A stretch of DNA of 60,516 nucleotides from assembly GCA_903905445.1 (NCBI GenBank), contig CAIVGO010000673.1, positions 1-60,516 of the forward strand, read 5' to 3'. Below, in pieces: positions 17,739-27,325 of the stretch (position 1 is its first letter; each line of letters starts with the position of its first letter). Both the position numbers and the translations under genes were made by a program. Below the pieces are notes generated by a model. The model saw only the letters and a list, made by a program, of their open reading frames with translations, searched no databases and was not told where the DNA came from. Source of the DNA: an uncultured Bacteroidota bacterium (GTDB lineage: Bacteria > Bacteroidota > Bacteroidia > Chitinophagales > Saprospiraceae).

Positions 17739-18782
17739 TTACAATACTGCCTTTTCCAATAAACGCAGGGTTTGCGTATTGGTATCCAATTCAGCCAAAA
17801 TGCCGTAAGGTAAAGTTGACATGTGTGTAACATGCCCAAATGGAATACCATATTGTACCGGAATACCCAAATCACCCAGGCGATCCTGCAAGGTTTCCCG
17901 CAGCGACAAGGAGGCATCGCTTTTGGGCTGACAGTCATTAAATACGCCCAGCACGATACCGGCGGCTTGCTTCAAATCAGTCCCCATCAATAATTGGGTA
18001 AGCATGCGGTCTATTCGGTAAGGCTGCTCCCCGATGTCTTCTATAAAAACCAACTTGTTTTTAAAGGAAGGTAAATACGTCGTACCAGTCATGGCCGACA
18101 ATAAGGCTAAATTTCCGCCCGTCAACACCCCTGTTGCAATACCTGGATGAATCACAAAAGGCATGAATGCTTCACCATCCAGCACTACTTCCGGTTTCGG
18201 TGCCGCGATCAACAAGGATGCTTCCGGTTCCATCAAGGTGCTACGAAAATAATGCAGGGTATCTTCTGGAAAATCGGAAGCACCAACCGGACCATGAAAA
18301 GTTACCAGGCCCGTTTTTCCATGAATGGCCAAATGCAGGGCCGTCACATCGCTATACCCAATAAAAGGTTTGGGGTGCTTTCGAATCAGGTCATAATCCA
18401 CCGCATCCAGCAGGCGCGTACATCCATAACCGCCTCTTACACACCATATTGCATCTGTTTCTGGATCGGCAAAGGCTTGGTGCAAATCGGCCAATCGCTC
18501 TGCATCGCTTCCCGCTAAATGCCCATTTTTTGCATAAACAGAAGCCCCTAACTTCATTTTCAACCCCAGCAATTCCAGGTTTTCAAACGTTTTCTCAAAT
18601 TTCTCTGGTGCTGGCGGACTGGCGGGCGCAATCAATGAAATGGTCGCGCCTGGTTTGATGCGGGCCGGTTTAATCAATTTTAGCGTGGGCATAGTTGGAT
18701 GATTTAGCAAAACAGACGGTGATGCCAAACCTGCTCCCAGTGCCAGCACCCCACCATTGATTAAAAAATGACGCCTTTTCAT
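17739..18782 (-). CDS. LD-carboxypeptidase (S66 family) with twin-arginine signal
   Basis: MKRRHFLINGG Tat-like signal, GYSDVTAL nucleophile motif, C-terminal FGH. Its ATG lies 1 nt after the stop of the upstream gene. Confidence 0.8.
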   Translation of the reverse strand: MKRRHFLINGGVLALGAGLASPSVLLNHPTMPTLKLIKPARIKPGATISLIAPASPPAPEKFEKTFENLELLGLKMKLGASVYAKNGHLAGSDAERLADLHQAFADPETDAIWCVRGGYGCTRLLDAVDYDLIRKHPKPFIGYSDVTALHLAIHGKTGLVTFHGPVGASDFPEDTLHYFRSTLMEPEASLLIAAPKPEVVLDGEAFMPFVIHPGIATGVLTGGNLALLSAMTGTTYLPSFKNKLVFIEDIGEQPYRIDRMLTQLLMGTDLKQAAGIVLGVFNDCQPKSDASLSLRETLQDRLGDLGIPVQYGIPFGHVTHMSTLPYGILAELDTNTQTLRLLEKAVL

Positions 18783-18783
18783 C

Positions 18784-19905
18784 TTAGAGTTTGATAAAAA
18801 TCTTTCGCGCATACAAAATTCGGCACACGCCCCAGCAAACCAGCATATAAACCAAGGCGAAAAGGAAAGAACCTATTTCGGCACCATCAATCGGCTTAAA
18901 CCAGTTTAGATAAATCCAGTCTTTCAAATTCACATTTTTAACGCCCATCGGAACATCAATCACATACATAATCATCACCAAGGCTTCCGATAAAACATAC
19001 GCAAAAAGCGAATTCGTCCCGATCGAAATAAAGAAACCTGAGCCATTCCACCAACGTCGAACGTCCAGCAACCAAACGGTCATGCCAAATAAAACCATGG
19101 AAATCCCTCCAGCATAAAGCACATAAGAACTACTCCATATCTTTTTATTGATCGGGAAAAACAGGTCCCAAAACAATCCAACAAACCCGCAAATAAGGCC
19201 AAAAACCAACAAATCCCGGACCGCCTGGTCTTTTTTATCCCCACGGCTGGTCAATACACCGCCACTGAGCCAACCCAATACAACGGTTACGATGGAGGGC
19301 AGGGTACTTAACACACCCTCTGGATCAAAGGCAATTCGATAGCCAGGGGCCACTTGCTCATGGTACAAATGCGCCAAGCCAAACAACCAGCGGTCGAGGC
19401 GTAAAATAGCACTGCCCTCGGCTCCTAACGGATCCATGCCTGGTGCTGCAAAAGCATACAAAATACCCCAATATGCCAATAAAATACTGCCGGAAATCCA
19501 AATGAGCGATCGGGTATTGACATTCAAAACCAGGATGGAGGCCAGGCCATATCCCAATGCCAACCGCTGCGGAACCCCCATGATGCGCCAGGTGTCCCAA
19601 TGTTGCCAAACAAATGGAAAGTTATTCAATATTAAGCCAATCACAAAAAGCAATGCGGTACGGCGTAATATTTTCAAGCCGATTGCAGCCGACCATTTTC
19701 GTTCAAATCGGGCAAAAGCAAACCACATCGAAACGCCAATAATGTACATAAACGACGGGAAAACAAGGTCGGTAGGCGTACAACCGTTCCAAATGGCATG
19801 TTGCAAGGGAGCAAAAACAAAATCTCCGGTACCAGGGGTATTGACAATAATCATAAAAACGATGGTCATACCCCGATAAAAATCAATAGCTAAGTAGCGA
19901 TTCAT
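18784..19905 (-). CDS. Heparan-alpha-glucosaminide N-acetyltransferase-like (DUF5009/DUF1624) membrane acyltransferase
   Basis: N-terminus RYLAIDFYRGMTIVFMIIVN and about 10 predicted transmembrane segments. Confidence 0.7.
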   Translation of the reverse strand: MNRYLAIDFYRGMTIVFMIIVNTPGTGDFVFAPLQHAIWNGCTPTDLVFPSFMYIIGVSMWFAFARFERKWSAAIGLKILRRTALLFVIGLILNNFPFVWQHWDTWRIMGVPQRLALGYGLASILVLNVNTRSLIWISGSILLAYWGILYAFAAPGMDPLGAEGSAILRLDRWLFGLAHLYHEQVAPGYRIAFDPEGVLSTLPSIVTVVLGWLSGGVLTSRGDKKDQAVRDLLVFGLICGFVGLFWDLFFPINKKIWSSSYVLYAGGISMVLFGMTVWLLDVRRWWNGSGFFISIGTNSLFAYVLSEALVMIMYVIDVPMGVKNVNLKDWIYLNWFKPIDGAEIGSFLFALVYMLVCWGVCRILYARKIFIKL

Positions 19906-20064
19906 TCGATTGTAACAGATTTTAAAGGCGCGCGGAAGGTGTGGTCCAATGCTGGAAATGCCCGGGTTAAAAGTTGGCCAAAATTAGTTTTTTTTGCAAA
20001 TTATCATGCAATTCGTTGCACCAATCAAGCAATAATATGTTATGCACTTCCATAAAGATAAGCC

Positions 20065-20072
20065 TACCTTTG
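20065..20072 (+). promoter_or_regulatory. -7 box TACCTTTG, ~124 nt upstream of the Smr gene
   Basis: Exact TAnnTTTG match. It implies a long leader that contains an imperfect inverted repeat (ATCGGTTTTG...CAAAACCAAT). Confidence 0.35.
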
Positions 20073-20195
20073 GGTTTGTTCTTTTTAATACGCTTTAGCA
20101 ATCGGTTTTGTCCACTTCAGCTGGCATAGTCAGGCTCCTTTGCCCAAAACCAATCGCATCGAAATATATGTTCATCATGCTGATAAAAGTCCATT

Positions 20196-21251
20196 ATGCT
20201 TTTCGCAATAGGAACCAGGGTACGATTTAGATACACCGGCGAACGTGGTGTAATTACGGCCAAACTAGACGATGATATGCTTCAAGTGCGCCTTGATAGC
20301 GACCCTTCTTTGGAAATCCCAGCCTTTGAGGAAGACTTGACGCGCGATGAAGGCTCCGAACCGGTATTGGCAGGGGCCAAATTTGTCGCAGGCAAACAAA
20401 GTAAAAGTCCGGAAGCACCACCGCGGCGCGAAATCAAAATTCAATACCACATTCTGAAGCCCAAAGGTATTCAAGTGGCCTTTGAACCCATGCCCGGACG
20501 GGATGGCACCATCACCCGCTATAAAACCTGGTTGCTTAACGATACCAATTTTGAGTTTCTAGTCGAATTTGATCTCTATTCCAGCAAAAGGGACGTGATC
20601 GTAATCGATGATAAACTCTCCGCCACATCGGCCCTGGAATTGGGAGACTTGCTGTACGACGATCTCAATGAAGCGCCCGAATTGTGGATCCGGGTGCGCC
20701 GCATTACCACGGAAGGCCCGGATGCGCCAATTGAAAAACTCATCAAAATTAAGGCAAAACAGTTTTTCAACAACTTACAAACGGTACCAATCCTGAATTT
20801 ACTCGCACATCATTTTTTACTCCTTGATTCATTTGAACCCAATGCGCCAACAGATGCAAAGGACGATTTGAAACAATATACGAAAGACCAAGCAAGTAAG
20901 CGCAGGGCAGCAGCTCCCGAACCCCATTCTGTGCCCTATAAGGCCTTTAATGTGGAAGAATTTGCCACGTTTGTCCCCGAAATTGATTTACACATTGAAA
21001 ACTTGATGAACGGGCATGCCAAGTTGGACAAAGGAGAAATTCTGAGAATACAACTGATGCATTTTCACCGTTTTATGGACAAAGCCGTTCGATTGGGTGT
21101 GCCAAAAGTATTTATTATTCATGGCGTTGGCGAAGGGAAACTGCGCGAAAACATCGCCGAACAGCTAAGAAGGCACCCTGATGTGATTAAATTTAAAAAT
21201 GAATACCACCACAAATATGGCTACGGCGCCACGGAAGTGAAATTGCAGTAG
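20196..21251 (+). CDS. Smr (MutS2 C-terminal-like) domain protein with a DUF2027-like N-terminal region
   Basis: C-terminal Smr signature: IDLHIENL...FIIHGVGEGKLRENI. The N-terminal family call is from memory. Confidence 0.7.
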   Translation: MLFAIGTRVRFRYTGERGVITAKLDDDMLQVRLDSDPSLEIPAFEEDLTRDEGSEPVLAGAKFVAGKQSKSPEAPPRREIKIQYHILKPKGIQVAFEPMPGRDGTITRYKTWLLNDTNFEFLVEFDLYSSKRDVIVIDDKLSATSALELGDLLYDDLNEAPELWIRVRRITTEGPDAPIEKLIKIKAKQFFNNLQTVPILNLLAHHFLLLDSFEPNAPTDAKDDLKQYTKDQASKRRAAAPEPHSVPYKAFNVEEFATFVPEIDLHIENLMNGHAKLDKGEILRIQLMHFHRFMDKAVRLGVPKVFIIHGVGEGKLRENIAEQLRRHPDVIKFKNEYHHKYGYGATEVKLQ

Positions 21252-21264
21252 TTTTTTAAAATAC

Positions 21265-21306
21265 AAAAAAAGGGTTTTGCCAGATGTTCTGACAAAACCC
21301 TTTTTG
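21265..21306. terminator. Bidirectional rho-independent terminator between Smr and gldN
   Basis: AGGGTTTTGCCAG / CTGACAAAACCCT stem (one mismatch), flanked by an A7 run upstream and a T5 run downstream, so it reads as hairpin plus U-tract on both strands. Confidence 0.75.
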
Positions 21307-21323
21307 ATTCAGGTAACTAAATT

Positions 21324-22220
21324 CTAGTACTGCCACAAATCGTGCTCGAAGTTGAAAATCTCATTTTTGATTTTTTCAGACTCCATCAGCAAATCAACAC
21401 CTTGCAGGTATTCTTCGATTTTGCGATCGTACACGTTTGACTCTTTGTAGATGTAGCTTGCGAAATAGCGCATTTCAAAGAGATCTTCCCAAGAAATAGT
21501 CGCATTTTGGTTGCCACCTGGCGTAAATACGCGGTGACGCGCAAACAATTCGCGTGCTTGTGGGTAGTACACCCAGAACATCGGCTTCTCAAAACGGAAG
21601 TTACCTTCGTTGTCTTTTACGTCGATCATTGGCGCGATACCCAGGATACGCACTTGGAGGGTAGAAGTTTCTTTATCAAAGAACCATACTTCCTTCAAGC
21701 GGAAGCGCTTCACATCTTCCCAGTTGATATCATTGCGCACAATTTGTACTTTTTCCTCGTATGTCTCCGGGTCGAAAGTTACTACAGTGTCCGTTTTAGA
21801 CAACATAGACAACACATCGTCGGTGCTCATCCGTTTTTTGAACTTGGCGCCTTCTTCGTCGGTGCTATACACAGGCAAATCGCCTTTGGTAGCCGCGTCG
21901 GAAAGAATTTTGAAGAAAGGTTCTTCCGGATACGCGAAAGGAAGGTTCATTTTTTCGCGTACGTCGATGATACGCCAAATGCGCTTTTCCCAAAAGATGT
22001 CGCTTTCGCGGATAGGCTGGTAGGCCAAAACGCGGCGTTCCAACATAATATCTTTTTTCACGATGTCATCAAGGGGAGCTTCGCCCTCCTGGATCACCTC
22101 AGTTTCTTCGGTATTGGTCGTGGTAGTTTCAACTTCCTCGTTGATCTGTGCCAGTACGGCTGTGCTCGTGGAAAAAACCAGCAACAGGCACAGGCAAGTC
22201 CATTTTATAAAAGTTTGCAT
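21324..22220 (-). CDS. gldN: Gliding motility / T9SS protein GldN (PorN)
   Basis: 298 aa, signal peptide, position directly after gldM, characteristic acidic N-region and the W/F-rich GldN fold pattern. Confidence 0.8.
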   Translation of the reverse strand: MQTFIKWTCLCLLLVFSTSTAVLAQINEEVETTTTNTEETEVIQEGEAPLDDIVKKDIMLERRVLAYQPIRESDIFWEKRIWRIIDVREKMNLPFAYPEEPFFKILSDAATKGDLPVYSTDEEGAKFKKRMSTDDVLSMLSKTDTVVTFDPETYEEKVQIVRNDINWEDVKRFRLKEVWFFDKETSTLQVRILGIAPMIDVKDNEGNFRFEKPMFWVYYPQARELFARHRVFTPGGNQNATISWEDLFEMRYFASYIYKESNVYDRKIEEYLQGVDLLMESEKIKNEIFNFEHDLWQY

Positions 22221-22329
22221 GACTCGCTAGGTTGATTATGAGTTGATAGAATAGTGTTGTTGTGCGTAAGCGATTGTAAAAACTGCTTCAGCCGGAATAA
22301 AACGCCGACTGAAGCAGTGTATTGTAGTC

Positions 22330-23853
22330 TTAACGAATTTTGAACGCCAGACCGCCGATATTACGCGGTACAGCATCGCCAGGACATTTAGTTTTGATAT
22401 CATCGAAGAAGTACGCGTCGCCTGGTTTCGCTTTATTGATCCAGTCTTGTACATCTCCGTTCCAGCGTGCGCCACCGTTTTGTTTGGTAACCGGATCCTG
22501 ACGTTTAGGCAGGTAAGTTACTTCAAAACCAACGATATCGCATTTTGCTTCGAAGTCGAAGTTTTCCAGTACACCGGCAACACCGCCTTGGGCCTTGAAC
22601 TCACCATTTGCCATTGCTTTGCTTTTGTGCTTAGCGCCGAGCAATGGAACTGGGTCAGGGATACGTTTTACGCGGTATTTGAACGAAGTTGCTGGCAAAC
22701 CACCACCTGAAAGCGTAATAGTTGCTTCACCAGGTGTAGTAGCACGTACGATATAGTGTGCTTTACCGTCGTTGTTCAAAGTAACACCACTTGCATTTAC
22801 TTTCAAATCATTGGAAGAAACACCTGCAGCAGCCACCGTGATCGGGTTGTCTACACCGATGTAGAACACGTTCATTTTATCCAACTGAACAGAGCAAGAA
22901 CGCTGACCTACTTCGTAAGAGAAATCTTTCGAGTAAGTTTTGATTTCGTTGTTCAATGGATTTTTCACATTGATGTTTACCTTGTACGTTTTTGTTCCAG
23001 TTGAGCTGGTTCCAGTTACGTATTTCGCTTTACCCGCTTCAACCGGAAGGTTTGAGCCATCCACATTGATGCTGATATTGTTGGCGGTAGAACTCCGTGC
23101 GCTCAGGAATACATCCGCTTCGTATTTATCGCCGCTGATTACATAGCCTTTAGAGGCAGAAATCACTGGTTCAAATTCATCGAAACGAATTTCAACACCC
23201 CCTACTTTGGTAGCGCAGTAATTCAACACCGCAGTTGCAGAGTTTTTCGCATCGCTCTGAATTTTGCCCAGAATTGGGAAAATTGCAGCCACTGGCATTT
23301 GTTTGAATTTGAATTCAGACCAGTTTTTTGCTTTGGTACCTTCTGGCAACTTTTCAATATCCAATGGAAGCGCATCTGCTGTAGGCTTGTCGTTATCGGC
23401 AAGTTCAATCAGTTTTTTGCGTGTTTCTTCCAGACGCTGTTGGATTTTGTCTCCCAAACCTTCGTTTACGAAAATGCGGGTGGTCAAATCTTTGTTCCGG
23501 ATATCTTTAGGCTGTCCCTCAACTTTTGGGTTCGGGCCACCTGCTTTTTCAAACAGGTCTTTGCGGATATCTTCAATGAACGTGATGAATTCGTCAGAAA
23601 CCTGCAATGCTTGTTGGGCATTGTTACGATATTTTTCGTTTTCAGGTTTTTTGTATGCATCTGCTTGCTTGTTAATGCCTTCCATCAGTTGCTCATTGTT
23701 CTTTTGAACAATTGCAGTACTGGTTTTCATTCCTTTATCGAGCGAAAAGAAGGCATTCATCACCTCAGCAGATACGTTCAGTGCCAGCAGCGCAGTCAAA
23801 ACCAGGTACATCAGGTTGATCATGAGCTGCCGCGGCTCCTTTGGTATAGACAT
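22330..23853 (-). CDS. gldM: Gliding motility / T9SS protein GldM (PorM)
   Basis: N-terminus PRQLMINLMYLVLTALLALNVS is the hallmark GldM transmembrane helix. 507 aa. Confidence 0.9.
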   Translation of the reverse strand: MSIPKEPRQLMINLMYLVLTALLALNVSAEVMNAFFSLDKGMKTSTAIVQKNNEQLMEGINKQADAYKKPENEKYRNNAQQALQVSDEFITFIEDIRKDLFEKAGGPNPKVEGQPKDIRNKDLTTRIFVNEGLGDKIQQRLEETRKKLIELADNDKPTADALPLDIEKLPEGTKAKNWSEFKFKQMPVAAIFPILGKIQSDAKNSATAVLNYCATKVGGVEIRFDEFEPVISASKGYVISGDKYEADVFLSARSSTANNISINVDGSNLPVEAGKAKYVTGTSSTGTKTYKVNINVKNPLNNEIKTYSKDFSYEVGQRSCSVQLDKMNVFYIGVDNPITVAAAGVSSNDLKVNASGVTLNNDGKAHYIVRATTPGEATITLSGGGLPATSFKYRVKRIPDPVPLLGAKHKSKAMANGEFKAQGGVAGVLENFDFEAKCDIVGFEVTYLPKRQDPVTKQNGGARWNGDVQDWINKAKPGDAYFFDDIKTKCPGDAVPRNIGGLAFKIR

Positions 23854-23912
23854 AGGTCTTTAATTTTTTTGATTGTGATTGGATGATTTTACCAATTGTA
23901 GCGTCGCAAAAA

Positions 23913-24506
23913 TTATTGACGACCGATGTTTGACATTGCAGACAACATATTGCCGTACACAGTATTCAATGAGCCAAGGTTCTTGTTCAAAGAAGTCAAT
24001 TGGTCTTTGTAAGCCTTCACGTCTTCTGTTGATTTAGCCATGTCAGACATAGCCTCATTCATTTTAGAATAGAAGTTGCTCATGGTTTTCATTTGTTCAG
24101 AAGTACCAGAGAAATCAACTTCTTGCAACGCTTTCAATGCGCCCATGCTTTTAGACATAGATTGCAATTCGGTCAACATACCACCCAACTGACGTTCTAC
24201 AACGTCACCGTGCAATGGCTGGAATTCAGGCTGGTTTTGAACACCACCGGCAGTCAACGGCTGAAGACGTGCACCATAGTCGGCAAGACCTGGGTACAAT
24301 TTGTCCCAGTAGTAATCTGGATCAGGTCCAAGGAGACCCAACATCAAGAAGATGAAGATCTCAATAGTCATACCGAGGATCAACATTTCGGATGCACCTT
24401 CCCAAGATTCGAGTTTGAAGAGTGCACCTGCGAGAACGAACGCGGCGCCAACGCCAATCATGAGGTTTTTGAAGTACTTAAAGCCTTTGCTTTTTACGAA
24501 ACTCAT
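23913..24506 (-). CDS. gldL: Gliding motility / T9SS protein GldL (PorL)
   Basis: Two N-terminal transmembrane helices (GVGAAFVLAGALFKLESW; conserved Glu in EIFIFLMLG) followed by a cytoplasmic helical tail. Confidence 0.9.
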   Translation of the reverse strand: MSFVKSKGFKYFKNLMIGVGAAFVLAGALFKLESWEGASEMLILGMTIEIFIFLMLGLLGPDPDYYWDKLYPGLADYGARLQPLTAGGVQNQPEFQPLHGDVVERQLGGMLTELQSMSKSMGALKALQEVDFSGTSEQMKTMSNFYSKMNEAMSDMAKSTEDVKAYKDQLTSLNKNLGSLNTVYGNMLSAMSNIGRQ

Positions 24507-24578
24507 TGTTTTTAAAACTTTTTAGCAGTTTACAAAAAGATCAGCGATCGATATTAGTGTTTTCTCGCCAATTCGGCG

Positions 24579-24586
24579 CAAAAATA
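24579..24586 (-). promoter_or_regulatory. -7 box TATTTTTG (minus strand), 73 nt upstream of gldL
   Basis: Plus-strand CAAAAATA is the reverse complement of a TAnnTTTG match. It lies inside the 327-nt gldK-gldL spacer. Confidence 0.35.
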
Positions 24587-24743
24587 GCAATCACAGGTGA
24601 TGGATGGTATAAAAACCGGCTAAAATCGTGCCCCGACATTACAAATGTCCGCTATAAGCAAACAACCGTAATGCCTGGAGATTTTTGGACCGTATTTTTT
24701 TGACGAAATCGGATGATGGAGAGGAGGCCCCAAAAGGCGTATT

Positions 24744-24818
24744 AAAAACAAGGGGCAAAACGCGTTAAGATTTAATAAAATCTTGTTGCTCAAATATTTG
24801 CAAACGTTTTGCCCCTTG
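24744..24818 (-). terminator. Terminator-like hairpin 16 nt after the gldK stop
   Basis: Perfect 14-bp inverted repeat CAAGGGGCAAAACG (24749-24762) / CGTTTTGCCCCTTG (24805-24818). The 42-nt loop holds a nested AAGATTT/AAATCTT hairpin. A T5 run follows on the minus strand. Confidence 0.5.
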
Positions 24819-24833
24819 AAAATTAACCTTGTG

Positions 24834-26114
24834 CTAGAAGTCGTTGATAGAACGGCCCAGGAAGGTCAATACACAACGGAAACCAATGTAGCATTTTGTG
24901 GTATCCTGGTATTCAAATGTGCGGTTACCTGTTTGCAGGAAGAACGCGATATCTTTCCATGAACCGCCGCGAATTACTTTGCGTTTTGCAGTGATTGGAT
25001 CAGAATCTTTTGCATCATAACGGATGTCTGGATTCAAATCGTGCATGAAAGTATATGCATTTTCGTAGTAAGCAGTTTCAGTCCATTCTGCAACGTTACC
25101 AGCCATACAATACAAACCGTAATCATTTGGATAGTATCCATCGGCTTTAACGGTGTACAAACCGCCATCTTCTGGATAGTTACCGCGACCTGGTTTGAAG
25201 TTTGCCAACAGGCAACCTTTTGCATTGCGGGTGTAGTATGCACCCCATGGGTATGGCGCTTCTGCACGACCACCACGTGCTGCGTATTCCCATTCGGATT
25301 CTGTTGGAAGGCGGAAATCTTCTGTGTTGATCCCGTCTTCGCTATACATGTCCCATACTTTACTGCGCCAGTAGCAGAATGCTTTTGACATTTTCCAGTT
25401 CACACCTACAACGGGATATTCGTCGAATGCAGGGTGCCAGAAATAGTTACGCGTCATCGGCTCATTGTAAGAATAAGCATAGTCGCGTACCCAGCACAAA
25501 GTATCAGGATAAACCTTGATCTTTTCGCGGTGAATGTGACTCGTACGGTTTGATGAACGGTCATGTGCAGCCTGCTGCCAATCGTACCACTGGAACTCAA
25601 AGACCAGTTTTGTTACATCAATTTCTTTGCGACCTGCAAAGCGTTCGTTGCCCTGGTAGTACATGTCTTCCAAAGCGCTGCCGCCATCTTCGTTTTCGCC
25701 TTCCCAATCAATCTCCTGTTCCCAGTCGATCAAATTTTGTGGCGGTTGCTGATCGTTCTCGGTTTCTTCGATGGTGTGCTCCAGTGCGCGGTGCGCAATC
25801 GAGTCAGCAACCCATTGAACAAACTGACGATACTCGTTGTTGGTGATCTCTGTATCATCCATGAAGAAACCCTGGATAGAGATTGACCGTGGTCGTGCAA
25901 CCATTTGTTTGCTGAGGTCTTCATCACCTGTACCAACGTGGAGGGTACCAGAAGGCACGTACACCATGCCATAAGGGTTGATACCTTTCCATTGTGGACG
26001 GTTGAGAACACCTACGAGCTGGCCGCTTTCCTTACGGCCACAAGAGGGAGCAGCAACTGCTGCGAAGAGGAGCAGAAGCAGGAGTAATTTTTGCATTTTT
26101 TTCATGTTAAACAC
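24834..26114 (-). CDS. gldK: Gliding motility / T9SS lipoprotein GldK (PorK), FGE-sulfatase fold
   Basis: Lipoprotein signal ...AAVAAPSCG. Formylglycine-generating-enzyme-like motifs (TEITNNEYRQF, RLPTESEWEYAARGG, GNVAEW, RGGSW). Confidence 0.9.
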   Translation of the reverse strand: MFNMKKMQKLLLLLLLFAAVAAPSCGRKESGQLVGVLNRPQWKGINPYGMVYVPSGTLHVGTGDEDLSKQMVARPRSISIQGFFMDDTEITNNEYRQFVQWVADSIAHRALEHTIEETENDQQPPQNLIDWEQEIDWEGENEDGGSALEDMYYQGNERFAGRKEIDVTKLVFEFQWYDWQQAAHDRSSNRTSHIHREKIKVYPDTLCWVRDYAYSYNEPMTRNYFWHPAFDEYPVVGVNWKMSKAFCYWRSKVWDMYSEDGINTEDFRLPTESEWEYAARGGRAEAPYPWGAYYTRNAKGCLLANFKPGRGNYPEDGGLYTVKADGYYPNDYGLYCMAGNVAEWTETAYYENAYTFMHDLNPDIRYDAKDSDPITAKRKVIRGGSWKDIAFFLQTGNRTFEYQDTTKCYIGFRCVLTFLGRSINDF

Positions 26115-26328
26115 CCGTGTTTACCTACTTTAATTATTCGGTTTGGAAAAAGTGGTCGTAAAGATATTGGATTAATCTTTCACAGAAAAAGAATTCCAAA
26201 TAAAATTGGCTTATTGAAGAAAATCGCGTTGCGAAAGCAGGACAGAAACGGAATTTTAACGTTTCATTGTATGCGTCTTAACATTTTTAAGAAAAAACAT
26301 ATTTTTCCTGCAACAGCGAGCGCAAATA

Positions 26329-27306
26329 TCATAAAAATCGGGGATTATATATCACCGGCGGTAATTTTCCTGCACCAATTGTTTTATTTAGGTCATACCG
26401 CAACAATAATTCGTGACTTCCTCGATTAACGGTATTAAGGGGCGACAGGGGAATATCGAACGAATAAGCCAAAATTGTTCTCTCATTCAACTTAAATCCA
26501 CCAAATAACACTGCTGCGTCATTTACTTTCGTGCCGATTCCCCTAAACGAAGCGCCGGCAAATATATTTTCTCTGTATCGCGCCAAACAAGAAATATCTG
26601 TTTGTGTCTTCGTTATGTCACTTTTAACTAATACGGACGGTTGCACCTGTACGTTTTCTCCTGCGTCAAACGCATAATTCACTGTCATCAAGTAATGCCG
26701 ATTGGGTGTTAAACGAAATCCTCCACTTTTCGTCGTACTTAATGAAGGTGCAAAAACGGGTTGTACTGCTGCACCGATGCTCCATTTTTTTATTTTTAAA
26801 TACAATCCAACTTCCCCGACGGGCGTCCCGGCGGTTACTTTCCCTTCCGGCAAATAAGGATCGTTGTGGTCAAATATTCCTCCAGGCTCTACATAGGTGC
26901 CCTGCGGTGCCCGCAATTTGTCGCCATCCAAACTATATTGCAAATATCCGCCGCTTACCCCCATCGATAAGACCGTGTTTCGCCCCAATCCCTGATGGTA
27001 ACTGTAACTTAGATACCCGGCAGTGGCGCGGTGGGCCCCTATTCCATCATTTTCGAGCCGAAAACCCAGGCCGCTGTTGATGCGGTATAAAGGTAAATGG
27101 GCGTTTATGTGCTGCGATAACGGCGCTCCTTTTAACCCCGACCACTGTTGTCGATACACACCTGTGGCAATCAAAGAGTTTTCCATACCCGCATATGCCG
27201 GATTAAGCCCGTACGGATTGAGCATGTACAAACTGTATTGAGTCAGTTGCTGGGCACAAACGGTACCCAATAAACCAGATAAGATCAAGGTAAAAATTAT
27301 TTTCAT
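26329..27306 (-). CDS. porP: PorP/SprF family T9SS outer-membrane protein
   Basis: CAQQLTQYSLYMLNPYGLNPAYAG N-terminal signature, 325 aa beta-barrel, located directly upstream of gldK. Confidence 0.85.
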   Translation of the reverse strand: MKIIFTLILSGLLGTVCAQQLTQYSLYMLNPYGLNPAYAGMENSLIATGVYRQQWSGLKGAPLSQHINAHLPLYRINSGLGFRLENDGIGAHRATAGYLSYSYHQGLGRNTVLSMGVSGGYLQYSLDGDKLRAPQGTYVEPGGIFDHNDPYLPEGKVTAGTPVGEVGLYLKIKKWSIGAAVQPVFAPSLSTTKSGGFRLTPNRHYLMTVNYAFDAGENVQVQPSVLVKSDITKTQTDISCLARYRENIFAGASFRGIGTKVNDAAVLFGGFKLNERTILAYSFDIPLSPLNTVNRGSHELLLRYDLNKTIGAGKLPPVIYNPRFL

Positions 27307-27325
27307 GGCTTGGCGCTTTTGGCTT

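Noticed and set aside
21507-22235. 242-aa plus-strand ORF overlapping gldN, and the similar 23299-23886 ORF overlapping gldM
   Set aside because: They are antisense shadows of well-supported gld genes, with no signal, motif or promoter box.
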